Notes under the pieces: generated by a model
Database searches by the model: none
Told to the model about the DNA's origin: nothing
What the model saw: the letters and a program-made list of their open reading frames with translations, nothing else
Part shown: in pieces, positions 27,866-38,938 of the stretch
Layout of the letters: every line of letters begins with the position of its first letter
Numbering within the stretch: the stretch's first letter is position 1
Made by a program: the position numbers and the translations under genes
Assembly (NCBI GenBank): GCA_017499595.2
Contig: CM039005.1
Coordinates: 2,604,001-2,668,000, forward strand
DNA: 64,000 nt
Direction of reading: 5' to 3'
Source: Psilocybe cubensis
Taxonomy: Eukaryota

Positions 27866-28086
27866 ACCTCGAGTCAGTATATAAATAGAGTCTTTGAGCA
27901 AGCAAGGTAGATTTTAGAATCATGTTCTACAGTGGCCTGCGCTCAAGCACTGCATTTCACTTTGAGGTGAACAGCGCTCACCGCTGCGCGTGGAAAATAT
28001 GCGACATCCACTGAATCAATTCACGTAACTGGTGTAGGACTCACGTCCTCCACAAGATGGTAGTCCAACTTTGACTATTGAAAGTC
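27866..28086 (+). promoter_or_regulatory. Conserved family upstream element, copy upstream of J
   Basis: CCTCGAGTCAGTATATAAA...GCACTGCATT...AACAGCG...CCACTGAATCAATTC...ACTCACGTCC...TATTGAAA (proximal box mutated). Confidence 0.7.
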
Positions 28087-28165
28087 TCGTTCAAATGGCT
28101 TTGCCCTTACAGTTGTTCGTCTCTCACCTAACTCTATCTGCGCATAATTGCACCACATAACAAAT

Positions 28166-29209
28166 ATGACCAGCCAGACACCCTTTGTGGTTGAAAGAGT
28201 AGCATGCATCGACGCTACAGGTGGGGAGTAATTACATCTTAAATCAGTGACATTACTCATCCAACGTGTTAATTGCTTCAGCACCTTCCGTCAACCAACA
28301 ATCAACAAGTCAAAGCAATAATGTCGGTTCCAATGGTTCAACATCACCAATTCAACTGTCTACCATTTCAGCTTCGTCCGACTTTATATTTCCAGCTAAG
28401 ATGACTATTCAATAACCACTCAGCAACAGCCCGAATATACCTTTGGGTTATTTTCACCTCTCCAAGAGTCACAGTCCCTTTCTGACACGGGTTTCGCTTT
28501 CTCAGGGCATTATGAGACCAGCCGTCCCCTCTACGGCGCTGGAGTCGGAGACGGACTGAACACGTTGGAACACATTGAGGATGACAACGCATCCGACACA
28601 TCAGATTATAAGCCAAAACAGACTATGCACCCTGTCCTCCGCGACGGTATACAAGGATCCGGAATGTATGATCCTGACCTGAAGCCCAATGCCACATATT
28701 TTGAAGAAAGACAACGCAAACAAAAAACATTCAAGCTGGGAGAAATTCCGATACACGGAAATTTCCTTAATGCGATGCTGGAGTATTCCCCAACCTATGC
28801 TTGAAGGCATGTAATATTTGGTTTTAGTCCTCTTTGTTTATAGGCATCAAGTAATTGAGAATCAATAGGCCCCTGCAATAGGAAGAATCCAATGAACAGA
28901 CGAAGAGTGACATGATCAAGGAGCTTGATTCAAGCGACGGTCATCCAAGGGATGAGTTCACACACATGTATCAAGGATGTCACTGACAGTCAATAATTAC
29001 CGCGGTGTGCCTCTAGATATCCCAAGGCATCAAAGAGGTACACAAAAGACACCACGTTATGCATTTGTCAACGACGCGGGGCGGATGGGAAGCGTGGACC
29101 AGTGGAGAGCTACACTGGGACGCCAAAAACTCCAGGAGGGGGTTATCGGTCTGACCTGGCAAACAACTCGGCCGTGAGATGTACCCTTTGCCATAGAGTA
29201 CTAGATTAA
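28166..29209 (+). pseudogene. Family member J (type 1), pseudogene closely related to H
   Basis: Same 55-nt exon 1 as H. TAA at 28413, a frameshift shortly after, TGA at 28802 (CGA in H) and damaged donors. The last exon still reads LCICQRRGADGKRGPVESYTGTPKTPGGGYRSDLANNSAVRCTLCHRVLD*. Confidence 0.85.
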
Positions 29210-30661
29210 GTACAGTCTGTGGCAGCATCATGTGCAATCCGTGTGGATAGTACGAGGAACCATGGGGTCGTCAGTTGGCTCTTGTATAAGAGTTCGGTAG
29301 TGCAATTGATGGGAAGGTCAGTTTGGGTGGAAGAAGCTCTGAGATCTGAAGTTCCTTGTACAGTACACTTATCTTCGATAAAATTATCCAATTTCCACCG
29401 ATGATGTGATTGAGTATGGCGTGATAGCTGCAGATGCAAGAGAAACATAAAGAGTTGATGCCGTGACGATCTATGAAATCGATGAAATACGTATTTGCAC
29501 ACGGAAAATGTACGCACCCACTTCGGACAAAGAAATAGCATCAAATACAATGTTTAGGTGCTCCTGTAGATTGAGCGAGAAATATCCCTGTGCGGTAGTG
29601 AAGAAGAGTCGAACTCGCGGGGGTGGCAGGGAAATTTCTGTCGTGACAAAACGGAATGCCAATCAATCTCCGCCGGGAATATCCGAAACCTTCGTTCGAC
29701 GTTTGGCTGACATTTGTTTTATGAACTAATTATGTCTTTGAGTTTCCCGTTTGCTTCGCTATGGAGAATACGAGGATAGATTTAGGTGGACTCCGTGTGT
29801 ATAAGGTGAGTCGTGATATCGCAATTCACCATTTTTACACAGATACACGGAGTACAACGAATACACCAGATGATACCGATCCTCTGAAAGCAGCGAGTCA
29901 ACACGGAAGCAAAGCCGCCTGCTACTAAGAAAACTTGATCTATCTGTCCCAAAATATATCCTGTTCCACTTTTCTGGAAATTTATGGGATACATCCACCC
30001 ACACAATGTCCTCACGTAAGCGCCAGAGGCCGTCCTCCACTCTCCAAAGACAACGCGCGGTTCCGCCACGAATGAGAAATCCTGGAATCCCTACAGGCTA
30101 TACCGCGTGATATTTCTGCTCATGCTTGTAAAAAAAGGAAGAAAATGAGAGAAAATCGACATGAATGACGTCAAATTGGGATGGTCACAACGAGGAGAGT
30201 GAGGTAATGCAGTTTGAAAGATATTCGTTGCATATAGATCCCGGTGCATCCTCACGCGCTTGAATGTGGCATGTCAGGGAAATTTGTCCCCCGCTATTTG
30301 CCTTCCCTGCCCAGTTTCTCTCATTACCATTACTGTCATGCTCATCCTCCTCAAATTTTCCCTGTCCCCTCGGAATTGTACTTGTCAAAGGACGCACCAG
30401 GCAGAATGAGAGCTAGCCTCTGCTGACCCCCAACACGCGTCTCTGTACGCGCGTGCTTCTTGTCTCGCGGGGTACCACAAATGATTCTCAGCACCGTTAG
30501 GAATTTATTTGCATTTTGTTGAATTACAGTCAACTTTGATCAATCTACTCCTCTTTAAAGTCCAGAGAAAAGGCTCCCAATGTCACAATGCTTCTATATA
30601 TCAGTAAATATTAATCTAAGATAGCGAAGTACCCACTGTATAGATTTATCTTCACGTCCAA

Positions 30662-31152
30662 TCAGAAACTTGTGCATTCGAAAGATTCAATGTTTTGGTA
30701 AAGGACGGGGTTACCAGTCGTGGGAAGTGTCGCAACACGACCAGCCTGGACCTTTCCGGCACCCTGGCAGCCGGTGAAGCTGTACCCGCATGGTATTGTC
30801 AATATTTTGACCAATCGCTAGGTGAAGTGATGGATACAATACTGACCTATAGAAAGTACAAGTATACCCAGAGCCGACGCTCATACTTTCAGCTCTGTTT
30901 CTCCAAGGGGAGGGTAGGTCGATGCATGTGTCGGGTTGGGCATTGATAGGGGAGTAGGTATTGCCAACAAAGTTGATGTCGTCGTAGAATATGATGGATA
31001 GTGCGTCGGCGGACTGGAAAAGTCATGTTGGCTGTATATAGTGGATGGTATTGAAATGGAAGGCATACTTGAGCAATGGGGGGAGCAGCTTGGACAGCCA
31101 GAGCCGAGGATACAGCTGCAAGGACCAGGGACGAGATGCTGGTGAACTTCAT
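30662..31152 (-). CDS. Small secreted protein, 122 aa, 4 Cys, beta/gamma-crystallin-like
   Basis: Exons 31152-31069, 31013-30847, 30779-30662 encode MKFTSISSLVLAAVSSALAVQAAPPIAQSADALSIIFYDDINFVGNTYSPINAQPDTCIDLPSPWRNRAESMSVGSGYTCTFYSFTGCQGAGKVQAGRVATLPTTGNPVLYQNIESFECTSF. Signal peptide; FYDDxNFxG, CTFYxxxGCxG and NIESFEC resemble Greek-key motifs; TATAAA ~85 bp upstream. The fold is an inference. Confidence 0.85.
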
Positions 31153-33007
31153 GTTGCTGGTTTGTGAGTGGGTTTTTGTGCAGTAGAGACTCGAGTGATT
31201 TGCTGAAGATTATTGAATATGTATCAGCTCCTTTATACGTTTGCGGCTGTCCCGTACTCGTCACGTAATTCTGACTACATTGAATAAGCATACCTCGCCA
31301 TGATGAGAAGCCAATCGCCGACTGCATTGGGGAGTACATTCCAAGGCCTCCGTTACTATAGAAACTCTTGAGTATATCATTGATTTAGAGTATTGACAAC
31401 ACTTCCGTCGGTACACTACAACCTCCGTATCCCGTGTCTCTGATCATTTGTTATCAACGCACGCCACATTGTCCTATAGCCAAAGTTGCATAGTTTCACC
31501 ATACCTTCTTCGTGAGAATGAAGTCACTTCACGCTGTCTTTCTATTTGTCACCTCCAGGACATCTTTCCATGCAAGTACGGATCAATATCGTTGCAAATA
31601 GTATTTCTATTAGCGCGCTTTTCCATTGCCTCTTGGGCACTCTGGTTCTGGAGTGTTTTCATCGAAACTAATCCAGTTTCCGTCCCCTCTCTCATTGAAT
31701 CATTGTTCATTGTATGTTCATGGACATCGTGATTCTGGAACATGTTCTTCAAAGCCTAACAACCTTTCCACGACGTCTCTGAACGAGTTGAGCCACTTAC
31801 AATAACCTATTCATTCCCTCACTTTGACCACGCAGCCTCTTCTGGTGGGTCTCTTTATGCTTATGTGATATATCCAAATTTAAATGAGTACATATTTTTT
31901 TCTCTGTGTTTACATTGTCAGGATACCTAATCGTAAGTGCGGTCTGGAACGCAGTAGGCCATCACTAATTTAAGTTGGAATAGAAGGACATTGATTTCTA
32001 CTACACTTTTTCTTCACGGGCCGTAGAAATCTTTTACCCGACTTCAATACCTCTCTGTATTCTGAGAATGTAGATGCAACAAAGTTGTTGTTGTTGTTGA
32101 TAAAAAGTGTTAGTGAATGTCAATATCACGAGTGGTCGAAGGGAGCTGGTGTAAGTGTGAGATGTATCATTTTAAAAGAATGAACGTAATAACCCTAATA
32201 CTATCACCCTTCCTTCAGCTCAATGACTTATTGAAATTTTCCCTGCCATCCACTGTAGCTCTGCCGCCTCCGATGTCCTGTTTCGACGCTGCTGCATGCC
32301 TCTCGCAGTCCCAATATTGTCTTCCTTCCTCCAAAGGTTTCCTCCAAAGCTGCCTGTCCATCGCGTTATGTATCTTATTTTCCATCTATCTCGACGAGTA
32401 GATTTGGTATTGCTCCTCTCAAACTCCGTTACCTCGCAGTTATTTGCTTTTTGTACTTTACGAGCTGAATATTTGTCCCTCTTCCATACTCCATCTCTGT
32501 ATGCCTCAACAATCATCGAAAGCTGCTCGACATAGACTTCCACGCTGCCATCCAACATCATCTTCAAGAGGACTTCACACCCCTTCCTAGACAGGTCAAC
32601 TGCAAGAAGGTGCTGATTACTGCTGTATGTGTATCATTTATAAATAGTAAGCGTATTAGGATACGGAGGGTATAATGTACCGATGGAATTGCTATTGATA
32701 TCTTTAATCCATGACCTGTTTTTGTAAGCTGATGTACGAGGCATGTCCTGAAGAATCCTCCAATACGTAAACAAATAGACCTCAGTTTCTCTTAAACGTC
32801 GTTTCATCGAAGGCGCCGAGGTGTAGTCTCTGAAATGCAGTCGTAGATTGGCTTTTCATTATGGCCAGGTATGCTGATCCAAAATAAATTAGCAAAATCT
32901 GAGGAAAATAGTACAACCGACGTATAAAGGCACTCACACATGTTCAACAGTCCTCGGCATGTCCCTCGACACTCTACTCTACAAAGAGCCGCTCAAAATC
33001 CAGCAAC

Positions 33008-33514
33008 ATGAAGTTCTCCGTCAGCCTCTCCTCCATTCTCTTTGCGGCCGTCTTCTTCGCTCTGTCTGCCCAAGCTGCTTCGTCCATTTCTTCCGTACAC
33101 ACATATCTTCCATTTCAGAATCATCCACGATATACAGCTAACATGACTATTTCAGCCCAACGAAGCATTATTCATTACATTCTATGACGATTTCAACTTT
33201 GTCGGAAACACTTACTCTCCTGCAAAACCTGTACCCAACACTTGCATCACCCTCCCCTCCACCTGGAGAAACAGAGCTGAAAGTTGATTATTAGCCTTGG
33301 ATACTCTTGTGACTTTTACGTGTCAGTTTTTCATATCTACTAAGACCTTCGTTTATCAGTTGAGAAAATACTTAATATACACTTTTTGAACAGCTTCACC
33401 ATATGCCTAGGGATAGGACAAACACTGAGTGGAAATGTTGGCAAGCTGTCTTTAACAAGCATCCCCGCTCTCTATCAGAACATCGAATCCTTCGAATGCA
33501 CACAACAAGGATGA
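33008..33514 (+). pseudogene. Divergently oriented paralogue of the secreted crystallin-like gene, frameshifted
   Basis: Same three exons (FYDDFNFVGNTYSP...CITLPSTWRNRAES...LYQNIESFECTQQG*), but a 1-nt loss gives TGA at 33285-33287. The promoter (cgtataaagg, gattggctt.tcat.atggc.aggtatgct) is also conserved. Confidence 0.8.
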
Positions 33515-34594
33515 TCTCGTTTTATACCATCCATTAAATAGGTACCGTTGCCTCCCTCAGATTGGCTTGAGGTTCCTCACCTGTCCTTGGCAACTTGCAG
33601 CAGCACACACTGCCACTCAGTCTTTAATCCTGACTTTAAACTGGACATGCATGGAGTAAGATTATCATTTAGAGTACCTGTTGTAAAATGTGAATAGAAA
33701 TTTGGTCATTTTTGGTTGATGTTGAAGAGAAAGCAGGACAATGCTCACATTTGGACACAATTTGTTTCCGGACCATCACACTTCGGGGAATCCAATAAAC
33801 AAAGGCCCTTTATATCAATTTATCACTTTTTAAATCATTTTTCTAAAATTCATTTTTATTCGATATTATTTTGTATTTAATATTTTCAATATATCAATAA
33901 AGTGTTCTGTTTATAGTATGTTTTATTCCATTGAAAGGATTTATATATATTTACTTCATAACTTGATATATAGGTCCTATCCACAGAAAAATTCAGAAAA
34001 TCTTTATTTTTGTTTATTTGGCCGAATAATACATTTTCTGTTTGAGAAATCCATACTTTAGTTAGTTTATTCTCTATTTAGACATATATTTTATGTTTTG
34101 ATATTTAATCTGTTTGGGTACAGAGTTCGACACTAAATTTTATTTCTATTTTGTTAAAAGTAAATCTCACTCATTTTAAAAATATTCTTTAACTTAAAAA
34201 GTTTCCCAAATAGTGTGTAAAATAGATTAAATAAAAATCTCCTTTATATTGAATGCCCACTCATCGCCCACTCATCGCCCACTCATTACCCGCATCATTA
34301 CCCATTGTGAACCCACAGAGAGTATCATTACCGCAAATCGCACGACGCTAATCATTACTATCTTAGAAATATTCCACACTGTTCTAACCATTCCGCTCTC
34401 AAGTTTTTGTCGCGCTCCCCACCCTTCAACCTTCAATATACCAATCAATTCAAACCCATTCGCGAGCGCTCAACAACCCGGAACGAAGGCCATGTATGTG
34501 GTAGCAATGTGTTAACAACTCATTTACGGAACAAAGGCCTCATGATTACCTATATTTATTCAGATTTTTGAGAAATAATAGACTAACATCCACA

Positions 34595-34775
34595 ATGTCC
34601 TGTGTTGCCGATTTTAATGTTATTACATTGTAATCAATATATGAGTTGGATAATGTTATTACATTGTAATCAATATATGAGTTGGATGAAGTTTCTGATA
34701 CGGCTAATGGAATTTTGAGTCAATACACCAAACACAAAGTAAATGACTACAAAGCCAACTCTGTCGCAACACCTC
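34595..34775. repeat. Dispersed direct repeat (second copy ~58562-58697) with an internal perfect 36-bp tandem duplication (34615-34686)
   Basis: tgtcctgtgttgccgat...ttttgagtcaataca...aacacaaagtaaatgactac.aagccaactctg.cgcaacacctc in both places. Confidence 0.85.
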
Positions 34776-36419
34776 CATCGGATTTTTCCATCCCGCAACG
34801 ACAAGCAAGTGAGCAACGAGCGCTTAGCTCAAGAATGGCTCAAATGTGTGGTCAATCGCAAGTGCGACATAGCCAAAGAGCGAAAGGATCGAGATCTTGA
34901 AGTTACGGTTGTGTATTTCGCTCGTCACCTAGAATCGAAGGGCATGTACAACATTTGGAGAAAGGGTGAAAGGGTTCGCTGATGAGCAAACGAAGAGGAA
35001 GAATAGGGAGATGCAACAGCATACATAGAGATCCACGGCAGCTGCCTCCGTTCCCAGGGTGGCATACTGACGAACATCGTCAGAATTTTGCCTCAAGGAG
35101 AGGCGGAAAGTGAGAGAAGAGCCCAAACGCGTTTATTGACGTGCAGAAGCAGATGCGCCTGGATGTTGTCACATGTCTAAGCCTGTCAGAAGCATCATGC
35201 AATGCAATCCTACTAGGTCGTGGAGTTGAGTTGGAAGAAACACCGGTATCCGAACGATGACAAGTCCGGGATCTTGTTTATCTGCGAGGTGCCTAGTTGC
35301 TTAATATCGCATAGTGTGCAGTGACAGTAATACTGACGCACATTCAACCTGGACCATTACTAGTCAACGCCTCGGTTAGTTAGAGTCCGTATAATGTCCA
35401 ACCGCACCTCTTGCGCGCCATCGTTCCATCCTTCTCATATCAGGATAGTTTCCTAGATTTAATAGGGATCGTTGGTGTTCCGGATAGGAAATGGACCATG
35501 TAAGTTACTACAGAAAATTAGGTAGACTTAGGTAGACAGAACGGAACATACTTGTGTAGAACAAGAGGAAAGAAACGGTGAAACGAACGACTTGAGTGAG
35601 AATCGTGAAGTGGGCGCTGGGCAATGGCCGTGTTGGACTGTTTAACGAGATTTTAAACCACCCACTGGCAGGACGAAATGCGGTTGGAAAGTCACCGAAG
35701 AACATTATATCAAGTAGAGCTTGGGTTAATAATTTTAGTATATCAATACAGATATTCATGCATGAAGCGACATACTTTATAGCATTGAAGAGAATTATTA
35801 GACGGGAACATCTCGTATTACAGTACGTGCAAAACAGTCGCGACTGGCGCCGCTCGAACACCTGATCCTACACACAGATGCCGCTCCAAGTTTCCAAATT
35901 AAAACGGCAACCTGCAAAGAGGGTAGCTCGCAGAGAGGGTGCCTACAGTAGGCAGCGTCGTACAAAACGTAAATTTATAGCAGCATTCAACGTTCAATCC
36001 TTGAATGTAGGTGGATGCTTCGTTGAATAATTGAGGTCTGTAGGGCAATGAGGCGGCACATATGCTGTAGAATAAGTTTTCTGCACTAATAGCAAAGATG
36101 ACTCCTCACCTATGTTTGTGACGCTCGTATACGGGTCTGGCAGGCGAAGAGGCGGCGGATGTGCTGTAGAACGCGTTTTCTGTCTGTAGCACATACAAAT
36201 ACGATTCGCACCTATGTTTCTGTGTAATTCACTATCCATATGAATTGTAGTTCCCCTCCGTTTTGTGTCGCTCACCCGGCAACTATTTGCTCTGCCCTCC
36301 CGAGCCGGGTCTATCTGCACAATGTCACTTGAACTACAATTGTATTGCTAGCACGCAGCTAGCTTCACCAAGTTTATGGTATTAGAGTCTACACTAAAGT
36401 GCTACTACAGTTAAGCTCG

Positions 36420-36976
36420 TATTCGAATTATTCGAACCATCTATGCCGTACGACGTACTTCATAGGTGTGAGTGTTGAGAGAGAAGAGGAAGGGCGTCAC
36501 ACCGTCACAAAATCCCCTTGATACAGAGCAGAAGTCTCATGCCGCTGATGCCGTGCCAACAATCACGCGCATCACCAATTTGGCGACAGCATGAGCGGCA
36601 TCGAACTTCTGCGGTACATTGTTGGCGAGCTGGCCATATTCTCACGCTTTCTTCTTCTGTTCCATCCATGCACATCTAGCGGGTGAAGTAGCACATTAGC
36701 GCAGCAATCCATGTAAACAGTCTAGCGTAGTGTACCATGTAAATACTACAGGGAGCTAAACCGAACGATATTGTGCGTAAGGTGTAATCGAAGATAAGAC
36801 AGTGCCAACACAGATGTTAAGCGCGTAGGCTTGCCGTAAGTAACTCAATTTTCTTCACAATGTTGTATATTTGGTCAGTCATTCAGCGCAGATCCAGTTC
36901 AGTGAACAAGACACCGCAAAACTTTTGTTGAAGCATGTCTGGTAAGTCGCAACTCCAGTGTACCCGCTGTTTGCTA
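36420..36976. repeat. Dispersed repeat containing an ~85-nt hairpin; inverted copy at ~62508-63000
   Basis: catgtctggtaagt.gcaactc.agtgtacc.gctgtttgctaa and ctgttccatccatgcaca...agcgggtga match the reverse complement of 62508-62850. Hairpins at 36528-36612 and 62851-62923. Confidence 0.8.
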
Positions 36977-36984
36977 ACCGTGCG

Positions 36985-38938
36985 ATTCCCCTCGTAAAAT
37001 CATTCCTACCAAGTTTTCCGGCGGCCTCGCTCTTTACAACGTCACCTTCGCCTATCCTTCCAGACCAACTGTACCCGTTCTTTCCGACGTATCATTATTC
37101 CTTCCCGCCAACGACACGACGTTCATCGTTGGCTCCTCAGGATCTGGGAAATCCACCGTCACACATCTTCTTTTGAAGATTTACGAACCCCAGCAGGGTC
37201 TCATGAACTTCGATGAATGGGATATGGGCCTTTTGGATCAAACTTGGCTCCGTTCACACGTTGCGTGTGTTGGTCAACAAGGAGCCGCGGGCGTTGTCAT
37301 TTTCGATGAGAAGAGCATTTACGAAAACATCGCAATGGCGTTGCACGATCATCCGAACGGACTTCCAAGCCGGAGACAAGTGGAAGGCGCATGCCGTGCT
37401 GCATTGCTGCATGAATTTGTGCGAGATCTACCTCAAGGCTACGATACTCTTCTCGGTGGAGGTGCAGGCATTGGTGTCAGTGGTGGGCAGAAGCAGAGGC
37501 TTGCGATTGCACGGGCGTTGTTGCGGAATCCAGCTGTTCTGATTCTTGGCGAGTCCTTTCGCTTTCATACCATGATTCTTCCAGACTTATAGTTTACAGA
37601 CGAGGCCACTTCCGCCCTCGACGCTATGGCGACACAACAAAACGACTATTGTTATCACCCACGACCTCTCCCAAATCACCGCTCAGGATTTCGTTTATGT
37701 GCTTAAGGATGGCCGCGTCGTCGAACAGGGGTATAGGTCTGACCTTGAGGAAGTCAAGGCCGATTATGGTAGTGACCAGGGCGAGTTCAAAAAGTTGATG
37801 GATGCTCAACGCGAGACTGGTGGTTTCCTCCCCGAGAAAGACGACGAGGAGAAGCCTGTGCCCGCTTTGGATCTACAGGAAGAGGCCGATGAGAACAAAG
37901 ACAAGGATACGCCACAGTACCTCAAGCATCAGAGCCTCACCCTGCGACCAATGACATTCGGCGCATGGATGTTCTACGTTCTTGACGACCTCATCGGTAC
38001 TAAGCCTGCCATCGCTGCCTCTGCCACCGTCCATCCATCCAACGAAACTCAGGAAAGTCTCGAAAATCAACCTCGACGCGGCGTCCATCTTCGGCCATGT
38101 TTCCTTTGGGTCTTCAGCTTCCAACTTCTCCTGATTCTGCACATACGGTCAACACAAGACGATACAGCCTCCCTCCTACTCCTACCTCCGCGACTTTCAC
38201 TGCTTCCACCTATCGGATGTCAACGGCGACGGCGGCGACATATAGTGTGGAGGAACTCGAATTCAATTTGCAGAAGAAGACGATGGAGAGGAGTATCAAG
38301 ACGTGGAGAGCGAAGAACCCCTCCCACCGTTCTGGGCGCTCATGCGTATCGCATACAGGTCCATCTCGCGCAAGCTTCTCCTTTTCTTCGGGCTCGTTGT
38401 CTGCGTGATGAACGGTGCCATGACGCCCATTTTCTCCTACCTGCTCTCCCGCCTCTTGTATGTGGTCTCCATTGGCGCTCAGGACCTCAACGCCATCAAC
38501 ACTTACGGTGGACTCGTGCTAGGCGCAGCGGGTATGGAGGGGTTCCTCCTCGGTGTGAAGTACTTTGTCATGGAGACCGTCGGAATCTCGTGGGCCACGT
38601 CGCTGCGCAAGCGCACATGCAGAAAGATCATGTCGCAAGACCGTGCATGGTTCGACCTGTCCAAACACTCCCCCGCGCGCCTCGTGCAGATTCTCATCAA
38701 GGATGGGGATGACGCGCGGGACCTCATTGCCGTTGTGTGGGGTCAGATGGTGGTTGTGGTCGCGATGTTGAGCGTGGGTCTAGTGTGGGCGTTGGTGGCG
38801 GGGTGGCAACTTACTTTGGCGGGCATGGCGATTGCACCGATTTTTGCGGGTGTGATGGCTATCCAGACCAAGCTTGTGGGGAGGTGCGAGGTCAGGAACA
38901 AAAGAGCGAGGGAGGAAGTCGCGAGGGGATACTACGAC
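36985..38938 (+). pseudogene. STE6: Internal fragment of an ABCB transporter, STE6/HST6 (pheromone exporter)-like: NBD1, linker and part of TMD2
   Basis: NVTFAYPSRP, Walker A GSSGSGKST, signature VSGGQKQRLAIARA, LIL|DEATSALD, TTIVITHD, then NGAMTPIFSYLLSRLL...GWQLTL. Deletion/frameshift after SALDA, further frameshifts near 38080 and 38300; TMD1 and NBD2 absent. The subfamily call is from recognition only. Confidence 0.8.

Noticed and set aside
1-29209. Homeodomain (HD1/HD2) mating-type locus as the identity of the paired divergent genes
   Set aside because: No WFxNxR-type homeodomain helix in any spliced product, and no recognisable MIP or beta-fg flanking gene.
33800-34310. AT-rich island with short 12-bp repeats as a defined transposon or centromeric element
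   Set aside because: No convincing terminal repeats or TSD; composition alone is insufficient.
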